A DNA stretch of 57,527 nucleotides, the filler included, from Streblomastix strix (Eukaryota): assembly GCA_008636045.1 (NCBI GenBank). It is 3 parts of 3 records of this genome, joined end to end, with 100 filler letters (N's around TTAATTAATTAA, not from the genome) between each part and the next. Parts side by side here need not be neighbours in the genome. Positions count along the whole stretch, not along the records: positions 1 to 19,115 come from SNRW01000544.1; positions 19,216 to 38,326 come from SNRW01000545.1; 1 more part is not named here. The stretch is one strand, 5' to 3'. This document shows, piece after piece, positions 12,832 to 23,159 of this stretch. Under the pieces are notes generated by a model. It was not told the origin of the DNA. It did not search any database and saw only the letters and a list, made by a program, of their open reading frames with translations. Each line of letters begins with the position of its first letter. Position 1 is the first letter of the stretch. The translations under genes were made by a program, and so were the position numbers.

Positions 12832-14553
12832 ATGAATCGCTAGCTTATGAAGACACATGTGCCTAAAATACAAACCAATTTGGAAACAATCGAGAATTTG
12901 TTAAAGACTTTCACAATTCAACCATTTTAGAACGATGGATAACACCATTTCTCAATCAAAGAGATCAAACCAGAATCATAAATGCCATCATTATTTGATA
13001 AGGAAGTTATTATCAGTTTGACCGATCCAGATCATGACGTAACATAGATTTAAAATTCATTAATTACACTTGATTTTACGTTGAATCTATTGTTCGATAA
13101 TAAATTTGATTAATTTAGCGAATCTTATAGAGCTGGAACATTTATATTTGTTGGATTAAAATCATCTGCATAACTAATTCGCGAATATGTTCTGTATCAT
13201 CGAGGAAGAATAATTGATGGATCCCTCTAGAACGATTCAACTACCGAATAATTTATCTATAATACTATTAAACCCAAATCAGAGAAAAATAATAATAGAT
13301 TCGTTCATTCACTCTATGAAAATGTACGTAAAGATGATATATCGCATTGTGGAAAATATCTTAATATCAAGGATATTTCAGATGCATTTGCTCCACAAAC
13401 TGCTGCTCCATATGTTATGCCAGTAAATTTCTCTGTCTCAATTCCACTAGATGATTTACTCATTTTCTCAGCAATCTCTGAATATCCTAACGCATTATTT
13501 GGAGATCTCAAAATTAAATTCAAAATCAATCAAAACGCTTTCGTATTCTGCCAAATTGATCCAGTAATTTCGATGGCTAGATATTACACAATTAATAACG
13601 ATGAATTATTGAGCTCATGTTAAGATAAGCTTAAGGATATTGATCTATTCTTCCGCAACTGGAGTCTCACATTCTAATATACTAACATGTTCATATAAAT
13701 TGGATGCACTGCTGATTTGGTTACAGGAGTACGTGCTGAAGAGCTAACTCCATCATGATTAAAGAATCTAGTTTGTGATATTAGACCAGTAACAGAATCT
13801 GTAAGAAATTATGTCATTACTGCAGCTGTTGCAAATATGTGTGGATATAAAGCTTCACAAAAATGTCTTAATCATGTGCGATAATTCTATTCAACTCGTC
13901 CATTTGTTGTATCTGCATAACGTATTGAAACATAGGCATTTCCAAGTGGTGCTACTCTCACTGGATTGCGTACTTCATAAAATATACCGCTATCTCATGT
14001 TACTGATATGTGCTTACTATTTCCTAAAGATGCTAGACAAACAACTTGCTTCGAAAATCCATGGTATTAAAATATGTAATTATCCACTTTAGGTAGAAAT
14101 TTCCCAGATTTCCCCATGAATACACTTAATGAATAATTTTTCACAATGTAGATGACTGAAAATAATCTCGATAATATATTCGAAGCTATTGATGAATATG
14201 AAGATTCATTAACAACTCCAAGAGGAAATTTGATTAGAAGATACAATTCTGTAACTGATTATACGTCATTCTTTATTATATTATAATGTGAACGTAATAG
14301 CAATCGTGTATTAACATTTGATGGATTAGATACTTAAAATTAAAATACTTCAATTGAATTACATGGATATCTAATTTACTAAGGTGCAGTTGATACTTAT
14401 TATTATGTTGATACTAATGGAAAACTTCCACCTCCTCCAATTCTGCGCACAGTTCATGATTCATTCCGGCTATTTAGCCCTGCAGATGGAGTATCATGCG
14501 TCTATGATACAAATCATTCATTCGATGAGGTTATTGGATAAGTAACTGCTTGA
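12832..14553 (+). pseudogene. Putative major capsid protein (double jelly-roll, PLV type) with one in-frame TGA
   Basis: 573-codon intronless frame MNRQLMKTH...FIFVGLKSSAQLIREY...IPLDDLLIFSAISEYPNALFGDLKIKFKIN...TCFENP...LQCERNS...FDGLDT...QVTA-TGA, one TGA at 13756-13758. Size, beta-rich content and linkage to a packaging ATPase support MCP; the fold is inferred. Confidence 0.7.
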
Positions 14554-14585
14554 TATTGATGGAATATTATTTTTGCTTATAGAAA

Positions 14586-14976
14586 ATGGCATATAATCGT
14601 GCAGTAATTAATGATATGACTTCAGCTCAGAATGTAAAGCGCTTCGTAATAATGTAGGATGATTGTACGTATGTTGATGGAATGTTTAAAGTGTAGTTGC
14701 CTTATGATTTTGTAAACTCATATAATTGGCGAAAAAAAAATCGTATAGTGTAAGATTCTTAATACTCCTGATATAGTTTCTATTCATTCAACATTAGTAT
14801 AAGAAGAATAATATTATGATAGTTTTGTAGATTTCTGTAATGAAACAAAAACGATTAATTAATTTTAATATATGAATCATTAGTCAAATATATTGATTTG
14901 GTTCAAAAATAATATGAATTAAAATGTATCATAAACGGATATAAAATTTGCTCTTGAATTAATGCTTCAATATTGA
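14586..14976 (+). pseudogene. Putative minor capsid (penton-like) protein, frameshifted
   Basis: MAYNRAVIND...FKVQLPYDFVNS, +1 shift in the A9 run at 14732-14740, then SIHSTLVQ...FVDFCN...ILIWFKN...FALELMLQY-TGA; immediately after the MCP. Confidence 0.5.
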
Positions 14977-15003
14977 TTTTTAATTATTTTTATGAATTAT
15001 TGA

Positions 15004-15156
15004 GTGTGGAGGAATTCCGCCATACCATCTGATATAGAGATTAGTGGTCAAATTATCGGTTCATTTTGACAGGTAAAATTTTACCCAACAACTTTTAACA
15101 TGGATATTAGTGGTCAAATTATCAGTTCGAACAGTCGGCCGAAATTCGGCTGACCC
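15004..15156. repeat. Intergenic cluster of two 23-bp direct repeats interleaved with three palindromes
   Basis: ATTAGTGGTCAAATTATCRGTTC at 15040-15062 and 15106-15128; palindromes at 15004-15025 (imperfect), 15072-15085 (GGTAAAATTTTACC) and 15134-15154 (GTCGGCCGAAATTCGGCTGAC). Confidence 0.8.
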
Positions 15157-15216
15157 TTCATAAATTATTTTTATATATTAATCAAAATGTAATTTGGATA
15201 TTTTTATTATAAGCAA

Positions 15217-15477
15217 ATGGAATCGAAATCAATTATCGAATAATGCTAAAAAATATTATAAATCTAAGATTAATGCAAATAAATCATGGTACTTGAGTAA
15301 CGGACTCATGAATTAAAATAAATACTTAAGGAAAAACTAATCTATACATTAGTAGGTTTAGCTTATAGCTTTGTTGATCCTATGGCTAATGAAAGTGATA
15401 AAGATACAAGATTAGAATTAATGGAGCAATATGATGCAGAAGTTGATGACATTATCAATGATATTAAGAGATTGTGA
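15217..15477 (+). CDS. Viral hypothetical protein (86 aa, helical)
   Basis: MESKSIIEQ...GLAYSFVDPM...DIINDIKRL-TGA; alternative in-frame ATG at 15187. Confidence 0.6.
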
Positions 15478-15559
15478 ACTATTTTGATAAATTATTTTTA
15501 TGAATTGATTAATAATCGTTCGTTTTAATTTACTAATCCAACTTTTTTGCCGATCAGAA

Positions 15560-16450
15560 ATGACATCGGAAACACCATCTACTCGTCAAATAGGCTCGAA
15601 TAACGAAAATTTTACAATTGGTTCTTACAATGGTTTCGAAATAATGATACGTGATAATGATGGCTTTGTTAATGCTTCTAAGTTAGTCCAATAGATTAAT
15701 GAAAGAGAACATACATCTAAGGAATTACGTAATATTACACGTTCACCAGTCTTTGTAGAATACAAATAATATCTAGAGAAAATTAGCCCGTTCAATTTGA
15801 ACGGACCCCTTTGTTACTTACTTCCGACTGTTTTTATGAATAATGTTAGAGGAACATACGTTCATAGGTAATTATTGAATATTATCTGTATAATATCATC
15901 AGTTAAATAATTACATCATGTCACAACTATAATGGACAAAATTAACGAAAGAGTTCATGAAGAACACAATGCTGATCCCAATACTCCTATAGGTACTCAT
16001 ATTGATAATGTTAACATTGAATTCATGATTTATCAATAAGATAAAATTGATTAATTAAGATTAGATAATAAAGGTTATAATAATAATATACATTAACTAG
16101 TACCAAGAGCTGTTCCAAATGGTAAAGAAAGAACATATATATTGATAGTTGAAAAGGTTAGCGAAGATGAATAGCTTGAAGATTAGCAGGAAATTCATAT
16201 TACAAAATGAATCAGAAGAATTAATAGAAAAGACTTACGTCCCGCAAAAATAGAACGATATCGTCGTGAATCATTACTTTTTGTTGATAATTTACCAATA
16301 GATATGATGATTAATGAAAAAATTAAAGAAACTCTATAATCAAGACAAGATGTAAAAATATGATCAACTCATTATACATTCCCAGAAGACTAATTTGATT
16401 TCATAATTGATATAATATAAGCTGTAATTAACACAGAAAGAGCACATTGA
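15560..16450 (+). pseudogene. KilA-N domain DNA-binding protein (two in-frame TGAs in the C-terminal part)
   Basis: KilA-N hallmarks YNGFEIMIRDNDGFVNASKL...VRGTYVHRQLL; then coiled coil and PRAVP; TGAs at 16208-16210 and 16361-16363; final TGA 16448-16450. Confidence 0.85.
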
Positions 16451-16482
16451 TGGTTCGGTTATTTTATTTTTGTTTAATTGAA

Positions 16483-16887
16483 ATGTCTCGTATACTATTC
16501 GATAGTAAGCTAGTTAAGAACAATAAATCTTAAGACAAAATATAACCATTACATGAACTAAAAATAATCAATAAAACTGATACGTAGCCGTTAACGTTTG
16601 ATTCGACTGATGAATTCCATTAATATTATGCAGCTAATAAAGAATCTATTGATAAGATGCTAGCTACAAAATTAAATAAATAGTATAAAATAGATGGATA
16701 TATCTTCACAAAATAGAATGAATAAATAGCGTTGAAATAAGCAAAACATTAGTAATCTGAACAAATTGAACTAGCTTGTCTATAAGAATAAATCAAAAAA
16801 ATTAATGATAAATTAACGTATTTAATGAACTTCTTTGAATAAAAATAATAATCAACTTAATATGAAGATGATAAATACGTTCATTGA
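16483..16887 (+). CDS. Viral hypothetical protein (134 aa)
   Basis: MSRILFDSK...FDSTDEFHQYYAANKESIDKMLATKLNKQYKIDGYIFTK...DDKYVH-TGA; intact and intronless. Confidence 0.65.
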
Positions 16888-16923
16888 ATCCTTCAATATT
16901 AGATCAATATCCTCAGTCCTAAA

Positions 16924-17224
16924 AACTGTGCAGGTGTGCAGGATTAGGACCCCTAAAATTGATAAAATGATAGTCGGTCGGTCGCTCGCTCGGATTTGCT
17001 TTTGAGATAAGCGACTGAAAAAAATATATATTAACTAATTCATCAATCGTATTATTTTTATCAATATTCCCTATCTCTACTTATCCTGCACAAAATGACC
17101 AAAAATAGGGGAAAATTAAGGAAGTTTTATTAATGCTGCTACTTAAATGTATTCTTTAGCGAGCGACCGACCGACTTTCATTTTGGCAAAATTAGGGGGT
17201 CCTATCCTGTACACCTGCACAGTT
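16924..17224. mobile_element. MITE-like element with ~67-bp imperfect terminal inverted repeats inside element A
   Basis: Left arm AACTGTGCAGGTGTGCAGGATTAGGACCCC...AGTCGGTCGGTCGCTCGCT (16924-16990) pairs with 17158-17224; GC-rich arms between convergent viral genes; no clear target-site duplication. Confidence 0.75.
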
Positions 17225-17296
17225 CCCCAAGCTATTGAGATTCACTCTAATTATGAAGGACTAAAAATAGAACTAATTGAAAATAAAATTTCAATA

Positions 17297-18070
17297 TCAA
17301 ATAACTCGTACCATTGTTCCATCATTATTATACTGTACCAGTAATGCTTCTTGTTTGCCTAATTGCACATATTCATTCCATAATGTTTCTTTAACTAATG
17401 GAATGCTTGATTAATAGAAGAATAAATTGAATTTTTATCTGTTGAATCCACCGAAAAAGTATATTGTATCTACATTAGATTTAATGCTAGCATCCAAACC
17501 AATTATATCTTATAAGCATAGGAAGTAAGTGATTCTGGGCTATCTATTTTTGAATAGATTCTTGTATATTGGATTGATTTTATTCTTGAAGATACTCATT
17601 GCATCATCGAACAGTACTATTGTATGTGAAAATTTGATTGCAAAGTCCTTTATTCCTATGTGAGATAATATATCTTTTTTAGATTCATCATTCATTTATT
17701 TTTCTAATTTCCTTTCAATAACCTCATCATAAGCTTGTTTTCATTCGATCAATTCATCTAATGCTTCATTCACTTCTGCATATGGAACTATCTTAGTTGG
17801 GATAGTGATTAAATCTTTCATTTTTTTATAAGTTATATCATTATTGCTATCAGTAACATATTTGAATAGTGTATAACATTTATTAGGCAATTAGCTCAAT
17901 TTGATTAGCTCTTTGAATACATTATATGACTTACCGCTTCCACGTTATCCTATGTGCAGATTGATAGAATTATATGAGAAATTTATTTCTTTATGAATCA
18001 TTGATTATACTTCATGTTTATTAGTTTTCAATTTACTAAGCAATTGATCCACATATGCTGTCAAGGACAT
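17297..18070 (-). pseudogene. A32/FtsK-HerA family genome-packaging ATPase (element A), one in-frame TGA
   Basis: Walker A GQRGSGKS, Walker B TIVLFDDA, NRQPRITYFLCLQ (Arg finger and Gln sensor), IKSNVDTIYFF; TGA at 17741-17743; 257 codons. Confidence 0.9.
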
Positions 18071-18121
18071 TTGTTTGTTATTAATTATTTCATTCGGTTA
18101 TGAACGTTTTCTTATTAACAA

Positions 18122-19115
18122 ATGAGCTCAGAAGAGTTAAATTCTGAAATTGGAAATATCTGGACAAGTGCACGAGGTAATAATGAATTCATTAATGAGT
18201 TACGTAATGCGTAGGATAATATACAAAATTAATATGAACATAAAAGTCGTAAAAGTAAAGCAGAAGAATTAGAAATATTGAATCAAACAGTTATCGCATT
18301 TCGAAGAATTTAATAAAACATTAGAACTCAACATAATAGATTACTAATAATCCTTTATAAACTTATATTGCTAGTTAACCTTAAACAATTACTTAAAATT
18401 TATTAGTATAATTATAATCAACATATTAACGAACATAATAACCAAGAGAATAAGCGATAGAATAAATACAAATCCTAACTTTTATCCAAAACCAAATAAT
18501 GGCTTAAGTATAACAATCGAGTTTCTCAAAATGGTTAGAGAAAAATTAAGCTCCATTATCCGAAAAAAAAACGTAATAAGAAAAACGCTAGATTATAGAA
18601 GCTTGCATAAGGTAGAATTATCCGTGCAACAGGACTTAAAGCAAAATAACTACAAGCATTAATCGGAGTATTAAATGTTAAACAAAACCTGCATAAAGAT
18701 ATAAAACATAATTAAGAATTCAGAAAAATACTATCAGGAGAACAATATATTGCTTCTCATAAAGGAATGCAAGGATATACTATGTAGATGGTCGATCCAG
18801 ATGGTGAAGGTCCGCTACCTGAATTCGCTACCGTTTATACGAATAATGGAAAATTATATTCTATGGGCGGATATATACCAAAAGACGAAAGTAAATATAA
18901 TAAATATCGAGAATAATTTATCGGTTAAGTAGCAAAAGATCATCGTAAAAATACTAAATTCTTCGATTTTATGTAAGGTAAGGAAGTTCGATATGGTGCG
19001 CAACATAAAGATGGCACTTATAACATGAAATAATTCTAATAATTAGTTCCAAGAAATCATTTCTTAGCTACTTATGTCCCAACCATTGCAAACGAATATA
19101 AAGACACGAATGAAA
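18122..19115 (+). CDS. Viral hypothetical protein, 3'-truncated by the assembly gap
   Basis: Frame free of TGA from MSSEELNSE through ...MVDPDGEGPLPEFATVYTNNGKLYSMGGYIPK... to the N run; divergent from the ATPase. Confidence 0.6.
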
Positions 19116-19215
19116 NNNNNNNNNNNNNNNNNNNNNNNNNNNNNNNNNNNNNNNNNNNNTTAATTAATTAANNNNNNNNNNNNNNNNNNNNNNNNNNNNN
19201 NNNNNNNNNNNNNNN
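19116..19215. other. Artificial gap linker (44 N + TTAATTAATTAA + 44 N)
   Basis: Exactly 100 nt with a six-frame standard-code stop cassette; identical to 38327-38426. Confidence 0.97.
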
Positions 19216-19644
19216 AATATATGAATGTATTAATCGTTTGATTACTGACAATTGCTATTACGAAAGAGAAGTCATTTAAGTTATATTAAATGAGTATAAT
19301 ATCATTAATCAAGTCAATATTTAATTATAGATTCTATAGTGCTAATTTCTTATTATCTGTTATTAGTTTATCGATACCTGAACAAGTATAAGAATTAATC
19401 AATGAATTTAAAAAACTATGGAGTTATCTTGATGTGATAGTGATTCCAATTAGTATTATAATATATATTGTTAAATTCTTCTATCATTGTAAAATGCTAA
19501 ATAAAAAGGATTTACACTGGAGTTAATATACGATTGATGAGTTGTATTAGTTAGTATAATTAACGATTGACGATAAGGTTCTTAAATTAGCATAGCATTA
19601 TCGATACCTAATTACTTTAAAATTGATTAATTAAAACAATTAAA

Positions 19645-20676
19645 ATGAGTTTATCAGAAATAAAGCAAAAATAGTTTGATACTTATAATAGGTTAGATGA
19701 ATATAAAACGAAACCATTAACCCCTAAATCTATCTTTCTTATTAACGCAAACTATTATATTGTAGGAACTGTTGGAAGTGGTAAAACAACATTAATGAGT
19801 AAACTAATTGTACAATATAAACATATAATTAATCCTTATATACTATACTTCTCAAATTTAGGACCGGATGAAAGTATGTCGTTAAATATGAATGATAAAA
19901 ATATATCAATTAGTAATATAACTTACGATGAAGCGATGATCTTCTTACCATAGTTCGATAAGATTAAATACAAGGTTAAATAGATATATACTTATTGGAA
20001 ATTAAAGCAAATGAAAGTTAAGTATAACAGTGATTACATTAATTAACTTAAATAGAATATGTTCGATGTAAATGAATTAAAAAATGAAGAAACGTATTAA
20101 TAGTTTATAACTTGAATGAAAGAGTAATTTAAAATCTATTGTATTGAAACAATTAACGAATATAGCTAACTTACAAAAATAATGTAATTTATTATACCTT
20201 CGTTAGTTTAAAATGTTAGTTATGAGATTAGATTGAAAATAACTGATACATAAGAAATAGATGAAGATGGAGTTACTATAATTAAAACACTAAAATTTCC
20301 TATACTTTAAAATGCAAAATTATTATCTACGTTAATGATCTTTGATGATATTGGTTCTAATACAGATATATAAAGATATACTTCATAGTTATCTTGTACA
20401 ATTACTCATCTCGTAAGTGATAGTAAACATTCTAAAAATACTTTATTCTTTGTTGCATAACGTATGTAATACTTGTTTAAAACTGCTCGAATATTATGTC
20501 ATGTGATTGTCCTTGGGGTTAATTTAGGAGATAGTGATTTGAAATAGATTTATAATGAGAATAATATAAACATACCAACAGAATAAGAGTTAATTATATT
20601 ATGTAACTCATTGAATAAGTATGAATTTATTGTTATTAATAAGTGGTTATAAAGATTTGAAATTATTAAATAATGA
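19645..20676 (+). pseudogene. A32/FtsK-HerA family packaging ATPase (element B), one in-frame TGA
   Basis: NYYIVGTVGSGKTTLM (Walker A), TLMIFDDIG (Walker B), DSKHSKNTLFFVAQR, KTARILCHVIVLG; TGA at 20113-20115; 343 codons. Confidence 0.85.
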
Positions 20677-20697
20677 TAAATTTTATTTTTAATTTAA

Positions 20698-20841
20698 ATG
20701 ATATGTTGGGAAATTATTTGTTGTATTTCATTAATGATTATAACTTACAATCATCTATTAGTTTGTATATTAACAATATAGCAAATAAAAATAGATAACG
20801 AAGGGATTAGTGATGAAGTAAGAAATTCAATTTATTCGTGA
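20698..20841 (+). CDS. Possible small membrane protein (47 aa)
   Basis: MICWEIICCISLMIITYNHLLVCILTIQQIK...NSIYS-TGA; preceded by the TTATTTTT motif seen before other viral ATGs; overlaps the extended antisense fibre frame. Confidence 0.35.
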
Positions 20842-21903
20842 GACTTAAAAGTCGCCAAGCTATGCTTGGATTAACTTGATTAATTATTAATAGCATATGA
20901 ATCACAAACGTATACACAAAAATCATCCCGTAAACTTAACTTACACATTATATTAATTCTTACATGTCCATCAGGATCAAATTAACAATCAATAGGAATT
21001 GCACCATTCTAACATATAGGGTACCCATATACTTTTTATGCAAACATAACAGCATTTAAAGGTATATTATAAGGTGTTCCAGTGAATTTTGGTTTTATAT
21101 CATCTTTAACGACTGAGAATAAAGTATATTTAGATTGACATGCAGTATTAGGGTCAGAATGAGTTACTTATACCGATAAATATGCTCTTCCATTATTGGT
21201 TGTAAATGAACCCCATACTAATTGTTCATACATTCCATATGCAAGTGCTTATTTGATAGCATTTTCAATAGGTATAGGTGCTATAATTTAATTGTTGAAT
21301 TTAAGTGATGTACAATCGAAATCAATAATTAGACTCTTATAATCATATGCTTAATCTTTTTTTTTGTATCCTAAATTATGATGAAGTTGATCCAACTTTC
21401 TATACACCATCTCTATCTGTAGGGTCAGTGATACATCCAGTGAGTACAAAACTATCCCAATTTGCTTTATTTTTCATTAACCTAATACCTTAATCTAATA
21501 TAATATCACTCGGTTCAATAATAAATTATCCTATTGTATGAGGATAGTATTTGGGTAAAAAATCACCTACATCAGTTGTATCACCATTAGCTAGTAGAAT
21601 CTAATTATCAGTGCCATCTGTTTTTATACTCTTGTTTGCTACTATAGGTTATATAAATGATTTGCTTCCTGCTACTGTTTGATCGGTATCTAATAACATT
21701 AAATTAGATAAATAAATATCCTTAGTTTTCATGTATTAACTGAAATAAGTAAACAGTTTAATAATCTTTGTATCAATGAAAGAGGTTAATTATCTTTATA
21801 GTTTCTCTAATTACTTCACTTCCTCTTATTTTTATTATATCTCTTACAATTATTTTCGTATATAAGTTATCTCCTCTTCAGATGGTTCGATTAATGATTC
21901 CAT
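20751..21903 (-). pseudogene. Viral fibre-like protein of element B (frameshifted; 3' end uncertain)
   Basis: MESLIEPSEEE coiled coil, then DTDQTVAGSKSFIQPIVANKSIKTDGTDNQILLANG (same repeat class as 9468-10668); +1 shift in the A9 run at 21357-21365; beta-rich C-terminus. Confidence 0.65.
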
Positions 21904-21922
21904 TTAGATTAAAATAAACTGA

Positions 21923-22540
21923 TCAGAATTCATTTAGATCAATATCTGATGCAGGCTTATCAGATAGTCTAACGAAATCTTTGTTTATTCGATATAGGTT
22001 CTCAACAGAGTTAAACAACACATTATCTAATACACTAATGCTTACATTTTTAATTAGTACATCCATTACACTTACTAAGTTTTTTTTCTTATATTTATTT
22101 GCCATACATGAATGTGATTACGTTAATAGTTCCTCTAATACTATTTCAATATCATCTTCGTTTTCTTATGTGATTAGTGCCCAAAATTTAATGAAGTTAT
22201 CGCTATTCAATATGAAGTCATCTCCTCGTTTTCTTGATGTAGTTACTCTCCAGATACAATCAATAACAAATTTAAGTACTTCTAGATGTGGATGAGCTAA
22301 GAAAGTTTTTTTAACTACATCTTCAGGTTCAACTTATGCAGTCTCTCATTCTGCTTCTTTGTATTTATTTTTATTATAATGCCTCTTAGGTCTAACTTCG
22401 TCTTTAGTAATATCCTCTTTAATTTCTTATTATGGAATTGATAAATTTCTCAAGGCTTAATCAATCGATTATAATCTAAGTTTATCTTCTTCCGATAACT
22501 CTTTCTTCATGTCTTCGATTTGTTTCTTTGATTTACTCAT
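21923..22540 (-). pseudogene. Viral hypothetical protein (205 codons, one in-frame TGA)
   Basis: MSKSKKQIEDM...HPHLEVLKFVIDCIW...SDIDLNEF-TGA; internal TGA at 22346-22348. Confidence 0.55.
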
Positions 22541-22604
22541 TCGGAGTTAATTCCTCTCGATGCTTGAAATAATTTAAATCAATTAAAAATTTTATTATTG
22601 ATAA

Positions 22605-23159
22605 ATGGATAAATCGTAAACCTTAAGAAAATTAAAAGAAAATGGAACTGCATTTGAAAGCTTCATTGGAGGATATCTAATGTAAATAGGTAAGTAGATT
22701 AAGATATATGAAGATGGATAGAGGACTCCAAAAGTCTTAATACAAGCTTAGTAAAATAAGTTGTTATAGATGCCAATAATAAAAGAATAAAAATAAGACG
22801 AACTATTTATGTATCAGGATGATGAAGATGAAAGTGAAGAAGAATAAGAAATATAAGTACCAGTAGTTAAGAAGAAGATTAAAGCAATATAAAAATAACC
22901 TACTATTAAATATTCTACTCCATAGATAGATCTTGAAGACCTAATTAAATTGCGAACTGAAAATTAATTCATCAAGAAATAGCATATCGAAGCATAAAAA
23001 CAAATTAATAAATATAAGCATAAACATAAATCAATGAAACAAGTTAAAAAACCTTCAATTAAAGAATAACCTATTGAATAATAATAAATTTAAGAATAAC
23101 CAATTTAGTAAGAATTAGTTAGCGAAAGATACATTAGTGAGTTCGAGTTATATTAATGA
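22605..23159 (+). CDS. Viral hypothetical protein (184 aa, charged/coiled-coil)
   Basis: MDKSQTLRKLKENG...IDLEDLIKLRTEN...SEFELYQ-TGA; intronless and divergent from the preceding gene. Confidence 0.6.

Larger units (their letters stand above)
9500..19115. mobile_element. Endogenous Polinton-like virus, element A (partial, decaying)
   Basis: Eleven-ish tightly packed intron-free ORFs including an A32-type packaging ATPase, a 573-codon capsid-like gene, a small beta-rich minor-capsid-like gene, KilA-N and a fibre-repeat gene. Left end appears truncated inside the fibre gene; right end runs into the gap. Confidence 0.8.

Noticed and set aside
15040..15128. Possible mini CRISPR array (23-bp repeats, 43-bp spacer)
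   Set aside because: Only two repeats, no cas genes, eukaryotic viral context.
19160..19171. TTAATTAATTAA palindrome within N runs (also 38371-38382)
   Set aside because: Artificial 100-nt linker, not biological.
19216..19630. Coding-like sequence upstream of ATPase B
   Set aside because: Start lies in the gap and the frame and stop are ambiguous, so it was not annotated separately.
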